From positions 96,001-160,000 of the forward strand of contig CBDCLE010000022.1 in NCBI GenBank assembly GCA_965218585.1: a stretch of 64,000 bases of DNA, written 5' to 3'. This document shows, piece after piece, positions 11,273 to 22,434 of the stretch (its first letter is position 1; each line of letters opens with the position of its first letter). The translations under genes and the position numbers were made by a program. This stretch comes from Terriglobia bacterium (GTDB taxonomy: Bacteria > Acidobacteriota > Terriglobia > 20CM-2-55-15). A model generated the notes under the pieces. That model made no database searches and had not been told where the DNA came from. It saw only the letters and a list, made by a program, of their open reading frames with translations.

Positions 11273-11644
11273 ATGAATCCAGGCCCACTGGAAGTCCAAC
11301 GCACACTGATGCGGCTTCGTGTGGAGATCCTGAACTATCTGGATCGCACCGAGGACGATACGGACTTTTGTGGCCGCTGCCATCTGCCGCTTCCTGCGGG
11401 AGATTTTGAATCGTATGAATTCTGTCCCTGGTGCGACCAGTCTCTCAGCGGCTTTGATCCCCGCCAGGACGAATCCCGCCGAATCGTCGAACATCAATGG
11501 GAGATTCAGGATGAGATCCAGTGCGGCGAGTGTGGTGGGGAATACGAACAGCCAGGTCGCTATCCATTCCCGTACTGCCCGCATTGCGGTGCCCCTTTCG
11601 CCGCAGAGGACGAGATGGTCGTTGAACTGCCGTTCCTGGTTTAG
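11273..11644 (+). CDS. Double zinc-ribbon hypothetical protein
   Basis: Four CxxC motifs (CGRC, CPWC, CGEC, CPHC); GAGGAG SD upstream. Confidence 0.7.
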   Translation: MNPGPLEVQRTLMRLRVEILNYLDRTEDDTDFCGRCHLPLPAGDFESYEFCPWCDQSLSGFDPRQDESRRIVEHQWEIQDEIQCGECGGEYEQPGRYPFPYCPHCGAPFAAEDEMVVELPFLV

Positions 11645-11691
11645 CGGTTCTTCTCGGGCACCGAACCTCTCTCCGTGCTAAATTTGTCCGG

Positions 11692-13353
11692 ATGGCGATC
11701 TGGAATCACTGGAGGCGAGGAAAAATCGGTCTCGGCATAGTGTTTGCCGCGTTGCTGCTTGCCCGGGCCCTGTTTCCAAATCCACTTCCGCAAATCGAAC
11801 TGACTCCCCGGCTGATTCTCGTGCTCGCCATCGATCAGATGCGTTTCGACTATCTGACTCGATTCGACGATCTTTACAAAGGTGGGCTAAGGACCCTGAT
11901 CGACGAAGGGGCGGTCTTCACGAACGCGCGCTACCGGAACGCCAGCACATGGACCGGCCCCGGGCACTCCGTAATCCTTTCGGGCCGTCACCCGAGCAGC
12001 TCGGGAATCATTTTCAACCAGTGGTGGGACGAGTTTCTCGGACGTGAAGTGGACGTGGTTCGGGACTCGTTCCACGAGATCGTGGGCGGATCTGGGGGCG
12101 GATCGTCGCCGGCAAATTTCGTTGGCTTTACCCTCGGGGATGTCTTGAAGCGCTCCAGCCCGGAGTCAAAGGTTGTGGGAGTGTCCCTCAAGGACGATGC
12201 TGCCGTCCTGATGGCGGGCCCGCAGGCCGATGCCGCCTACTGGTATGAAGGCCGGCTGGGCAGGTTCGTGACCAGCACGTACTACATGGAGGCACTTCCA
12301 GCCTGGCTGGAGGACTGGAATAGGACGAGGGGAGCGGATTCCTACGCCGGGAGACGGTGGACTCGCATAATCGAAGATGAGTCGGTTTACGAAGCTTATG
12401 CCGGTCCAGATGAAGTCGAGGGGGAATGGCGCGAGGGAGTGTTCCCACACGTGTTCCCAGAAAACGGCTCGGTGACAGATTTCTACATTGAATTGGGACA
12501 GATGCCCTTTGCGGATGACATGACCCTCGACGTTTCTCTGGAAGCTATGCTTGCCGACGATCTGGGGGCCGACGAATACGTGGATATCCTGGCCATCGGT
12601 CTGTCAGGTACTGACAGGGTAGGGCACCGGTACGGTCCTCAGAGCCAGGAGGTGATGGACCAACTCCTCAGGGTGGATTCGTTGTTGGAGGAGGTGTTCG
12701 TTCGGATCGACCAGCAGGTCGGGATGGAAAACGTGGTTGTTGTCATGACAGCCGATCATGGAGTGCAGCCGTTGGCTGCGACGCTGGACCCGGAAGGAAT
12801 CGATGCGCGTCATGTGAACTCAAGCGTCTTGCGTGAGGCGGTTGACGCTGGACTCGAGCAGAGGTTTGGAGACGCCTCCGGTTTCGTTTCGCAGATGAGG
12901 CGCTTCGGGGACGGAATCTATCTGAACACGGCACTCATCGCCGATCGCGGGGTTGCGCGTTCCGATGTCGAACGGATCATCATCGAGGCTCTGATGGGAA
13001 CGGGTTTGGTGGCCGCCGTCTATACACGAGAAGAACTCGTGGGTGATGAGAGGCTGGAGGATCCCTATATTGATCTGTACCGTAATTCATTCTTCTCGTC
13101 GCGCAGCCCCCATCTGTCGATCCGTCTGAAATCAAATATCTATATGGACAACCGTCCCACCGGTACCGGTCATGGCACTCCGTACGATTATGACCGCCAT
13201 GTACCGATCATCCTGATGGGACCGGGTGTTCAGCCGGGGACCTATGCCGAAGATTCCGGACCCGAAGACATTGCTCCGACGCTCGCCCGGATGCTGGGCC
13301 TGGAATACCCTATCGAGCCCGACGCGCGAATCCTCGGCGAAGCGCTCCGATGA
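11692..13353 (+). CDS. Alkaline phosphatase superfamily protein (PafA/nucleotide pyrophosphatase type), secreted
   Basis: IDQMRFDY, TWTGPGH (Thr nucleophile), DRVGHRYGP, TADHG and HGTPYDYDRHVP motifs. Confidence 0.88.
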   Translation: MAIWNHWRRGKIGLGIVFAALLLARALFPNPLPQIELTPRLILVLAIDQMRFDYLTRFDDLYKGGLRTLIDEGAVFTNARYRNASTWTGPGHSVILSGRHPSSSGIIFNQWWDEFLGREVDVVRDSFHEIVGGSGGGSSPANFVGFTLGDVLKRSSPESKVVGVSLKDDAAVLMAGPQADAAYWYEGRLGRFVTSTYYMEALPAWLEDWNRTRGADSYAGRRWTRIIEDESVYEAYAGPDEVEGEWREGVFPHVFPENGSVTDFYIELGQMPFADDMTLDVSLEAMLADDLGADEYVDILAIGLSGTDRVGHRYGPQSQEVMDQLLRVDSLLEEVFVRIDQQVGMENVVVVMTADHGVQPLAATLDPEGIDARHVNSSVLREAVDAGLEQRFGDASGFVSQMRRFGDGIYLNTALIADRGVARSDVERIIIEALMGTGLVAAVYTREELVGDERLEDPYIDLYRNSFFSSRSPHLSIRLKSNIYMDNRPTGTGHGTPYDYDRHVPIILMGPGVQPGTYAEDSGPEDIAPTLARMLGLEYPIEPDARILGEALR

Positions 13354-14501
13354 GAAGGCCATCAGCCCGGGGCCGATAGCCAACGTCAGCCTGTGTGATA
13401 ATTCCTCTCGATGCCCGACCAAAAACCTTACGGATCCTGGAAATCTCCCATCACGGCTGAGTTGATCACGGCAAACGAGGTGTCGCTGGTAAGGCCTCAG
13501 TTCTCGGGGGGGCTCCTCTATTGGCTTGAAGGCAGGCCGTCGGAAGGTGGCCGCAACGTCGTCGTCCGCCGCAATCTAAAAGGCGTCATTGACGATGCGA
13601 TTCCGGACGCGTCGAATGCTCGCTCGCGTGTTCACAAATACGACGGCGGCGCATGGATACCCGACGGTGACCGTGTATTCTTCACCGAAGACACAAGCCA
13701 GCGACTCTATCGTGTGACAGGAGAAGAGGCTGCCACCCCGATTACGCCGGAGCCTCCCATTCCCGGTTCCATCCGTTATGCTGACCTGACCACGACCCCA
13801 GACCACGGTTCGCTGGTTGCGGTTCGTGAAGTTCACGACAACGATCACGATGTTGCGAACGACCTGATCATCGTTGCTGCCGATGGTTCGGTCGCGCCGA
13901 GCAGTCTGACTTCAGGCCACGACTTCTATTCGTTCCCCCGTGTCAGCCCGAACGGGAAACGATTCCTCTGGACGTCCTGGGACCATCCGCAGATGCCGTG
14001 GGATGGGACCGACCTCTGAGTTGGGGACTTCGCTCACGACGGCCTGTCTTCGGTCGAGCATGTTGCTGGGGGCGTAGAAGAGTCCATTTTTCAGCCCGTC
14101 TGGGGTGACGACGATACGATCTACTTCATCTCCGACCGAACCGGCTGGTGGAATCTCTATGCATTCCACGATCGCGAAACACGCGCCCTTGTTCCCATGG
14201 AAGCTGAGTTCGGAGAGCCGCAGTGGGTCTTCGGGCTATCGCGTTACGCCTTGATTGAAGGTGGCCGGCTTGCATGTGTCTACACGCAAAACGGAACCGA
14301 TCATCTGGTCATCGTCGACACCGAACGGAATAGCCTCGAGGATTGGCCTCTACCGTATACATCGATTACAGGGATGGCAAGCGATGGGAATAGACGAGTG
14401 GCGATCATCGGATCATCACCTTCTGTGCCCACTGAGCTGGTTCTGACTGAAGTCGGGTCTTCGAGTAGGACCGTCGTTAGGCAAAGCCTCGATATAGAAC
14501 T

Positions 14502-15887
14502 GAGTTATTGTCAAAAGTGGTGTTTTGCCGATTGACTCAAGCGGCGGCCTGATCGACGTGGGTCACTTCGATTCCATCGTTGGATTTCACTCCAGTAATC
14601 ACCTTGGGCAGATCATCGAATCCTCGTAATCGTCGCCAGTTCTTTTGAGCGCACTGTCCCAGTTTGAACATCATGTGCAGCATGCCAACCCGCGTCAGGC
14701 AACCCCTGGATCGCTTGGTTCGGTGGCGAATGGTAGCAAAGGTCGACTCAATGGGATTGGTCGTTCGGATGCTCTGCCAGTGCTTGGCCGGGAAGTTGAA
14801 GAAGGCCAGCAGTTCTTCTTTGTCTTTCTGGAGGCAGCGAGTGGCTTTCGGATACTTCGGCTCATAGGTTTCAATGAACAGATCGAATGCCTTCTCGGCG
14901 TCTGCCTGTGTCTGAGCCCGCCAGATCGCGTGCAAAGCCTGTTTCGCCTTCGCCTGGGCCGACTTCGGGAGCCCGTTCAGTACGTTCATGGTCTTGTGCA
15001 TCCAGCAACGTTGGTGACGTGTCTCGGGATAGATTTCCTCCAGTGCGGCCCAGAATCCCATCGCACCGTCTCCGATGGCCAACTTCGGGATATTCATCCC
15101 ACGCGACTTCAGCTTTAACAAGACCTCGCGCCAACTCTGTGTCGATTCCCGGACACCGTCTTCGATTGCCAGAAAACGTTTCTCTCCGCGTTGATTCGCG
15201 CCGATCACCACCAGTGCGCACAACTTGGTTTCTTCGGCCCGCAGTCCGCTGTAGATACCGTCGGCCCAGACATAGACCCAGCGATCGGCATCCAATCGCT
15301 CCTCGCATCCCCGGCGGTACTGCTCGGCCCAGACCTGTTTCAACCGCGATACCGTGCTCGCCGACAGACCCTGCGCCTGGGGTCCGACAAGAACTTTTAG
15401 AGCGTCACCCATCTCGCCGCTGGAGACGCCTTTCAAATACAACCACGGCACCGCTGCTTCCAGCGATTTCGTTTTCCGAATGTAGGGAGGTACCAGGGCC
15501 GACCGGAACGTTACCGGGTCGCCAGTCTTCGCTCGGACTTTCGGGATCTGGACCGTTACCGGCCCCAAACCGGTCTGCAGTTCACGTTCAGGCAGATAAC
15601 CGTTGCGCACCACCCCGGCGTTGCCCGTCTCGGTTCTCCGATCGCCGTGGTGGGATAGCAGTTCCGCCAATTCGGTTTCCACCGCGCGTTGGATCAGTTG
15701 CTGAGCTCCAACTCGTAGTAGCTCTGTTATCGGATCCTCAATCGTCTCTCGACCCTCCGGTCCATTCACGTTACTCTTGCTCATAGTGGCGTATCTCCCT
15801 TGGTTGCTTTGAAGTCTGGTAAACAACAAATCAACCAGATACGCCGCTCTTCCTCAATCCCTTAAACACCAGATTCGGTTATAACTC
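14502..15887 (-). mobile_element. IS256-family element A (1386 bp), 9-bp target duplication TATAGAACT
   Basis: Imperfect IRs GAGTTAT...TGGTGTTT at both ends; duplication at 14493-14501 and 15888-15896. Confidence 0.93.
14537..15784 (-). CDS. IS256-family (Mutator) transposase
   Basis: RNGY, WADG, IGDG, QRCWMHK and TTNPIES motifs. Confidence 0.93.
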   Translation of the reverse strand: MSKSNVNGPEGRETIEDPITELLRVGAQQLIQRAVETELAELLSHHGDRRTETGNAGVVRNGYLPERELQTGLGPVTVQIPKVRAKTGDPVTFRSALVPPYIRKTKSLEAAVPWLYLKGVSSGEMGDALKVLVGPQAQGLSASTVSRLKQVWAEQYRRGCEERLDADRWVYVWADGIYSGLRAEETKLCALVVIGANQRGEKRFLAIEDGVRESTQSWREVLLKLKSRGMNIPKLAIGDGAMGFWAALEEIYPETRHQRCWMHKTMNVLNGLPKSAQAKAKQALHAIWRAQTQADAEKAFDLFIETYEPKYPKATRCLQKDKEELLAFFNFPAKHWQSIRTTNPIESTFATIRHRTKRSRGCLTRVGMLHMMFKLGQCAQKNWRRLRGFDDLPKVITGVKSNDGIEVTHVDQAAA

Positions 15888-16745
15888 TATAGAACTCGAC
15901 CCGAGGGAACTGTCTCGGCCAGAACACATCGAGTTTCCTTCATCCGGCGGGCGCACGGCGTACGCGTTCTTTTATCCCCCGACCAATAGGACGCACACCG
16001 GGATTTCCGGAGAGAAACCTCCTTTGATTGTGACGAGTCACGGCGGTCCGACATCTCACGCCACATCCGGCCTCAAGCTCAAGACTCAATTCTGGACAAG
16101 TCGGGGATTCGCGGTTGTGGACGTCAACTACGGCGGCAGTACCGGCTACGGACGGGAGTACAGAAACCGTCTTCGTGGTCGGTGGGGGATCGTGGATCTT
16201 GAGGACTGCGTGGAAGCTGCCAGGCATCTGGCCGGGAACGGATACGTCGATGGCGAGAGGATGGCCATTCGGGGAGGGAGTGCCAGTGGATTTACGACGC
16301 TGGCCGCCCTGGCGTTTAACGATCTGTTCCGAGCCGGCGCGTCTTACTACGGCGTTGCGGATCTGGAGGCCCTGGCCCGGGATACACACAAGTTTGAATC
16401 CCGTTATCTGGACAATCTGATTGGCCCCTATCCGGAACGCGCTGATTTGTATCGGGAGCGGTCGCCTCTTCGTAAGGCAGAAAGCCTGTCGGCTCCGATC
16501 ATATTCTTTCAGGGGCTTCTGGATCCGGTAGTGCCGCCATCACAGGCCGAGGAGATGATCGACGCGCTCAGGGAAAAGGGGCTTCCGTTCGCTTATGTGA
16601 CATTTGCCGAGGAGCGGCACGGTTTCAGGCAAGCAGCCTCGATCCGTCGTTCGTTGGAGGCCGAACTCTACTTTTATTCTCGCGTGTTCGGTTTCCAGAT
16701 TGCCGATTCTGTTGATCCGGTTCGAATCGAAAACTTCGATTGACC

Positions 16746-17654
16746 ATGCGTTGGATTTCAATCATCTGCATTCTTCATGCGACGGCCGTAGAAGCCCAGG
16801 ACTTCCCGGGTTTTTGCGCCGAATGGGGAGAGCCGAGGGAAGTGGGTCAACTGGACCCAGAATTGATTGCCGAGGCCAGTGGGATCGAGGTCTCGTCGGT
16901 TTTTCCCGACCGTCTATACCATGTGGACGATTCTTCAACGCGTTTCTATGTGACTGATACGGGTGGGAGCTTCATAAAGTCGGTGTCTATCACCGGAACC
17001 AGCGGAACCGACGTAGAAGACCTGGCCCTGGGTCCATGCGGGGAAACGACGTGTCTGTTCATCGCCGATATCGGGGACAATTCGAGCCAGAGGGAGAGCA
17101 TCGAGGTGATCGTCGTCGAGGAAGTCGAAGATTTTCCTGAACAGGTATTGCCTATGCACCGGATCAGCTTGAGATACCCAGAGGGGCCCGAAGACGCAGA
17201 GGCCCTGGCAGTCGGTCCAAACGGCGATCTGTTAGTGCTCGCGAAGCGCATCTTTCCCGAGGAATCCGACCCTCACTCCGAACTGTTTCGGTTGCCTGCC
17301 GAGAGTTGGATCGGGGAAACGAATTACAGCGGAACGCTCGAATCCGTGTCGGGGATCGATTTCGGTGACCTTGCCTCGAGCTTGCCCGGCAGACTGGTCA
17401 CTGCGATGGATTTCTCAGAAGACGGAGAGCGACTTCTTGTCCTGACGTATCTTGACGCCTACGAGTTCCGACTCAGTCGAGTCGAGACATCCGAGTCGCT
17501 GGTTGAAGGAAGAGACTACGAACGTATTTCTCTCGCACCCTTGCGCCAGCAGGAATCGGTTGCTTATGTTCCGGGATCTCCATCCTTGATATACGGGACC
17601 GAGTCCGGGGGTGGGCGATCGCCGATCATGCGGGTCGAATGCCGGACGCGTTGA
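16746..17654 (+). CDS. Secreted hypothetical protein, probable beta-propeller
   Basis: Signal peptide; DVEDLALGPC, IADIGDN, DAEAL and QQESVAY repeats. Confidence 0.65.
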   Translation: MRWISIICILHATAVEAQDFPGFCAEWGEPREVGQLDPELIAEASGIEVSSVFPDRLYHVDDSSTRFYVTDTGGSFIKSVSITGTSGTDVEDLALGPCGETTCLFIADIGDNSSQRESIEVIVVEEVEDFPEQVLPMHRISLRYPEGPEDAEALAVGPNGDLLVLAKRIFPEESDPHSELFRLPAESWIGETNYSGTLESVSGIDFGDLASSLPGRLVTAMDFSEDGERLLVLTYLDAYEFRLSRVETSESLVEGRDYERISLAPLRQQESVAYVPGSPSLIYGTESGGGRSPIMRVECRTR

Positions 17655-17669
17655 AGCGTCGTCCTTTAG

Positions 17670-19137
17670 TACTACTGTGTTATAAACGAAGCGGTCCACA
17701 GAACGGACAACGAGGAAGCTGCTGAATCAGGAAGCGGGCGATGCGAATGCGAAGCGTGGCAATCGAGCAGGGGTTATGTCGTTCGGGCCGGATCCGGGGT
17801 TCCGCGGGGTTTGAAGTGTTTGGGGAGTTTGGGGACGGATAGTCCAACATGCTCGACAAATGCAGAGGGGGAAAAACGGCTCCGCTCGGCGACCAGGAAC
17901 CCATAAGAGGCAATACATAAGGTGCCATGATGGTGAAATCCACGCCAGCCGCGACCTTCGTAGTGTCCCAGACCGAGTTCCTGCTTGAGTTCCTGATAGT
18001 CGCGTTCGATGATCCAGCGCTGTTTGGCCTGACCGGCCAGATCGGAAAGCGAGGTATGGGCCCCAAGAGTGGAGAGCCAGTACCGGATCGGTTCGGATGC
18101 GGTCTTGGGCCACTCGACCAACAACCACTCTTTCGGATGCGGCGAGTGGCGCTCGTGATCCAGATGAGCGGGACGAATGCGAACTGCGGCGAAACGGGAA
18201 CGCAGGGTCTCGGAGGTGCCTTCGCGCCAGGAGACGTTCTTCCAACGCTGGGGAGACAACGAGAGGGCCAGTTGCTTGACCGAAACCGGTTGATGTTTCT
18301 TGTTGCGCTGCATGCGGGTCGGTGTCCGTCCGCGGCCGGTCAAGGATTTCGGCGGCAAGGGACCCTGGCCCGGTTTCCACACGGTCGTGGTGCCTTGCAC
18401 CCCTAGGACGTAGCTAAGTCCGAGTTCGGTGATGCCGTGCCGGAACTTGTAGTTGTTGCCGTAGGCCGTATCGCCCAGAACCGGTGCCGGAGCAATGCCG
18501 TCATCGACGGCCTGCCGGATTTGTTCCAAAGCAATTTGAGGTTTAGTTTGAAATCGAACGTCTTCGGGAATAGCGGCTTTGCTTCGACGTTCCGGATCCT
18601 TCGCCCAGGTCTCGGGGAGGTAGAGTCGCCATGCCACCGGCAAGCTGGATTTCGCTGTCGCCACCGACAGGCTCACCGCCACCCGGCAGTTCTCAGGTTT
18701 GCCGACCTGTCCACAGTATTGCCGGGCCACACCCACCGAGTGGGTCCCCTTTTTCACGAATCCGGTGTCGTCGACAATCCAGGCTTCAATCGGACCGTTG
18801 GCTTCCATCGCCCCCAGCGCGTACTGTCGAACTTCTGCCAACAGAGCCGCATCGTCCCAGGGCGCATCCGCGACCAGATGATGTAGCGACTGGTGCATTC
18901 GGCGTACATTATCCGGAGCCAATCGTGCAGCCATCGGCTCCACACTCTTACGTTTGATCGGCAGCAACAACCCGGTGCAGTACGACTTCAACGGTTCATG
19001 ACGATCGGCGTGTCCTGCGGCCGACGCCAGGCGTTCCAAATAGGCCGCAAAACGTTTTTCCTGAGTGCCTGGCGCCTTCGATTTGGCGCTCATGACCGGA
19101 TGCTAACATAAAATAGGCCGTTTGTAACATAGTAGTA
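17670..19137 (-). mobile_element. IS701-family element (1468 bp), 4-bp target duplication TTAG
   Basis: IRs TACTACT(G/A)TGTTA(T/C)AAACG; TTAG at 17666-17669 and 19138-19141. Confidence 0.9.
17774..19093 (-). CDS. IS701-family DDE transposase
   Basis: RKSVEPMA, VDDTGFVKKGTHSVGVARQYCG and RWIIERDYQELKQELGLGHYEGR motifs. Confidence 0.92.
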   Translation of the reverse strand: MSAKSKAPGTQEKRFAAYLERLASAAGHADRHEPLKSYCTGLLLPIKRKSVEPMAARLAPDNVRRMHQSLHHLVADAPWDDAALLAEVRQYALGAMEANGPIEAWIVDDTGFVKKGTHSVGVARQYCGQVGKPENCRVAVSLSVATAKSSLPVAWRLYLPETWAKDPERRSKAAIPEDVRFQTKPQIALEQIRQAVDDGIAPAPVLGDTAYGNNYKFRHGITELGLSYVLGVQGTTTVWKPGQGPLPPKSLTGRGRTPTRMQRNKKHQPVSVKQLALSLSPQRWKNVSWREGTSETLRSRFAAVRIRPAHLDHERHSPHPKEWLLVEWPKTASEPIRYWLSTLGAHTSLSDLAGQAKQRWIIERDYQELKQELGLGHYEGRGWRGFHHHGTLCIASYGFLVAERSRFSPSAFVEHVGLSVPKLPKHFKPRGTPDPARTT

Positions 19138-19498
19138 TTAGTGGCCAGAGTATAATCACCGCCATGCGCCCCTCGACACGCGTTTCTCTCATTGTGGTGA
19201 TTCTGTTTGTCGGCATCGTCGAACTGAACTTGATGACTCAACCTTATGGAACTCCCTAACGTCTAAACATTCAGGTCGGTAGCATCCTAGGCCGCTCGCA
19301 ACGATTTAGGGTGCTGAACAAGCTTTTCTCAGAACCGTTGGCGTGGTATAAAGCGGGCTTTGAGTGTGGCCCGGAAGTGACTCAGCCCGGTGGCCTTATT
19401 AAGAGGATCAATTGGTCGTTGAAGCTCTTGGAATTCCCCGGTGGAGCATGTTCTAATTACAGATAGGTTTTCGGTGACAAGATGATTTGGAGGTGTCT

Positions 19499-20446
19499 AT
19501 GTTCGCGACTTTGTTGCTGCTTCTGATCCTGCCGATTGCTGTGCCCCAGTCTCCGGAGGAGGAGGCATACAGGCAGCAATATCAGGAGTATACCCAGATA
19601 GCCGAGTTGACCGATCCGGCCGAACAGGCCGAACGGTATCTGGCTTTCCTGGAGGCGGGCTTTGATGAACGGATTCTCTCTGCCGTCCTGCAGGGATTAC
19701 AAGGGGATCTGCAGGCGCTGACGCAGGCGCAGGGTTTTGATCAAGTATATGACCTTGCGGACAGGTGGTTCGGCCTCACGAATGATCTGCCGCCAATCGC
19801 CCTTGCACTGGAAGCGGCCATGGCCTCGGGGGAACCGCAGCCAATCGTCGATTACGGCGAGCGGTTCTATCAGAGCCAGGCTGTACCGCAGGTGGCTCTT
19901 GTCCTTGCCCAGAGCTTTTCTCAACTCGGGAATGCGGCAAAGGTCAGGGAGTATGCTGAGATCGCCCTTGAGAATTTCCCAATCGACCAGACCTGGAACC
20001 TGGCGTACGAATTGGTCGGACAGCACGAAGCAGCCGAGCGTTGGGCGGATGCTGCGGCAATGGCCCGAAGGATACAGAGCGGAGTCAGTGGGGCACCTGA
20101 AGGCGTGTCGGCACGTCAATGGAACGACATTCAGCTCTACCTTCAGACCACGGTTGCGGGCGCCGCGTACGAATCCGGCAATTGGCAACAGGCCATCGCT
20201 CAATACAACACGCTGCTCGGAATGGACGCCCAAAGCGATGAAGCCTACTATTTTATTGGCCAGAGCGAACTCAAGCTTGAGAACATCGCAAACTCGATGA
20301 ACTCCTTTGCCAAGTCATACGTCCTGAGCGGTGGATACTCGGATGCGGCCTATGACATGCTGAGGACCATCTACGGGGCAAACACCGGAGGGAACCTGAC
20401 GGGCATGGACAACGTCATCAACGATGCCCGCCAGGAACTTCGATAA
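19499..20446 (+). CDS. Secreted TPR-like helical repeat protein
   Basis: GGAGGT SD, signal peptide, TPR-like DEAYYFIGQSEL segment. Confidence 0.65.
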   Translation: MFATLLLLLILPIAVPQSPEEEAYRQQYQEYTQIAELTDPAEQAERYLAFLEAGFDERILSAVLQGLQGDLQALTQAQGFDQVYDLADRWFGLTNDLPPIALALEAAMASGEPQPIVDYGERFYQSQAVPQVALVLAQSFSQLGNAAKVREYAEIALENFPIDQTWNLAYELVGQHEAAERWADAAAMARRIQSGVSGAPEGVSARQWNDIQLYLQTTVAGAAYESGNWQQAIAQYNTLLGMDAQSDEAYYFIGQSELKLENIANSMNSFAKSYVLSGGYSDAAYDMLRTIYGANTGGNLTGMDNVINDARQELR

Positions 20447-20602
20447 GCGGTCGACCTGCAGTCGTAGAGCTCGGTAAAGAAAGCCCGGGCTCTACGACAG
20501 ATTTCTTCCGAGCCTTCCCGAACCTCATTTGTTTCTTCGAGGACACCTTCCCGTGTCCTTTCATCGATCACGAAAATGAATGACTAAAAGGATATACATG
20601 CC

Positions 20603-22231
<1,629 letters not shown>

Positions 22232-22243
22232 GACAGAAAGACA

Positions 22244-22397
22244 AACGCAGAGGCGCAGAGACGCAGAACATCTCAGGCTGTGTACTTAATCGTTTCAGAT
22301 AGGAAAGTTTGCGATAACCCTTTCGTGAATTCGGGAAATCGTAGTCAAGCGAGCAGTGGGCAGCCTGTCTTTTCCCGCGCCTCTGCGTCTCTCTGTT
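22244..22397. repeat. Intergenic imperfect inverted repeat built from CGCAGAG(G/A) octamers (MITE/REP-like)
   Basis: AACGCAGAGGCGCAGAGACGCAG at 22244 versus CCGCGCCTCTGCGTCTCTCTGTT ending at 22397, between convergent genes. Confidence 0.55.
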
Positions 22398-22434
22398 GAA
22401 AATCAAAATTCTTTCGTGTAGCTGAAGCGCTGTT

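Larger units (their letters stand above)
13411..16743 (+). pseudogene. S9-family (acylaminoacyl/dipeptidyl) peptidase, broken by a nonsense codon and an IS256
   Basis: PYGSWKSPI start; MPWDGTDL-TGA(14017-14019) where Trp is expected, with the frame continuing in phase; IS at 14502-15887; C-terminal HGGP, GGSASG, DPVV and ERHGF triad. Confidence 0.88.
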
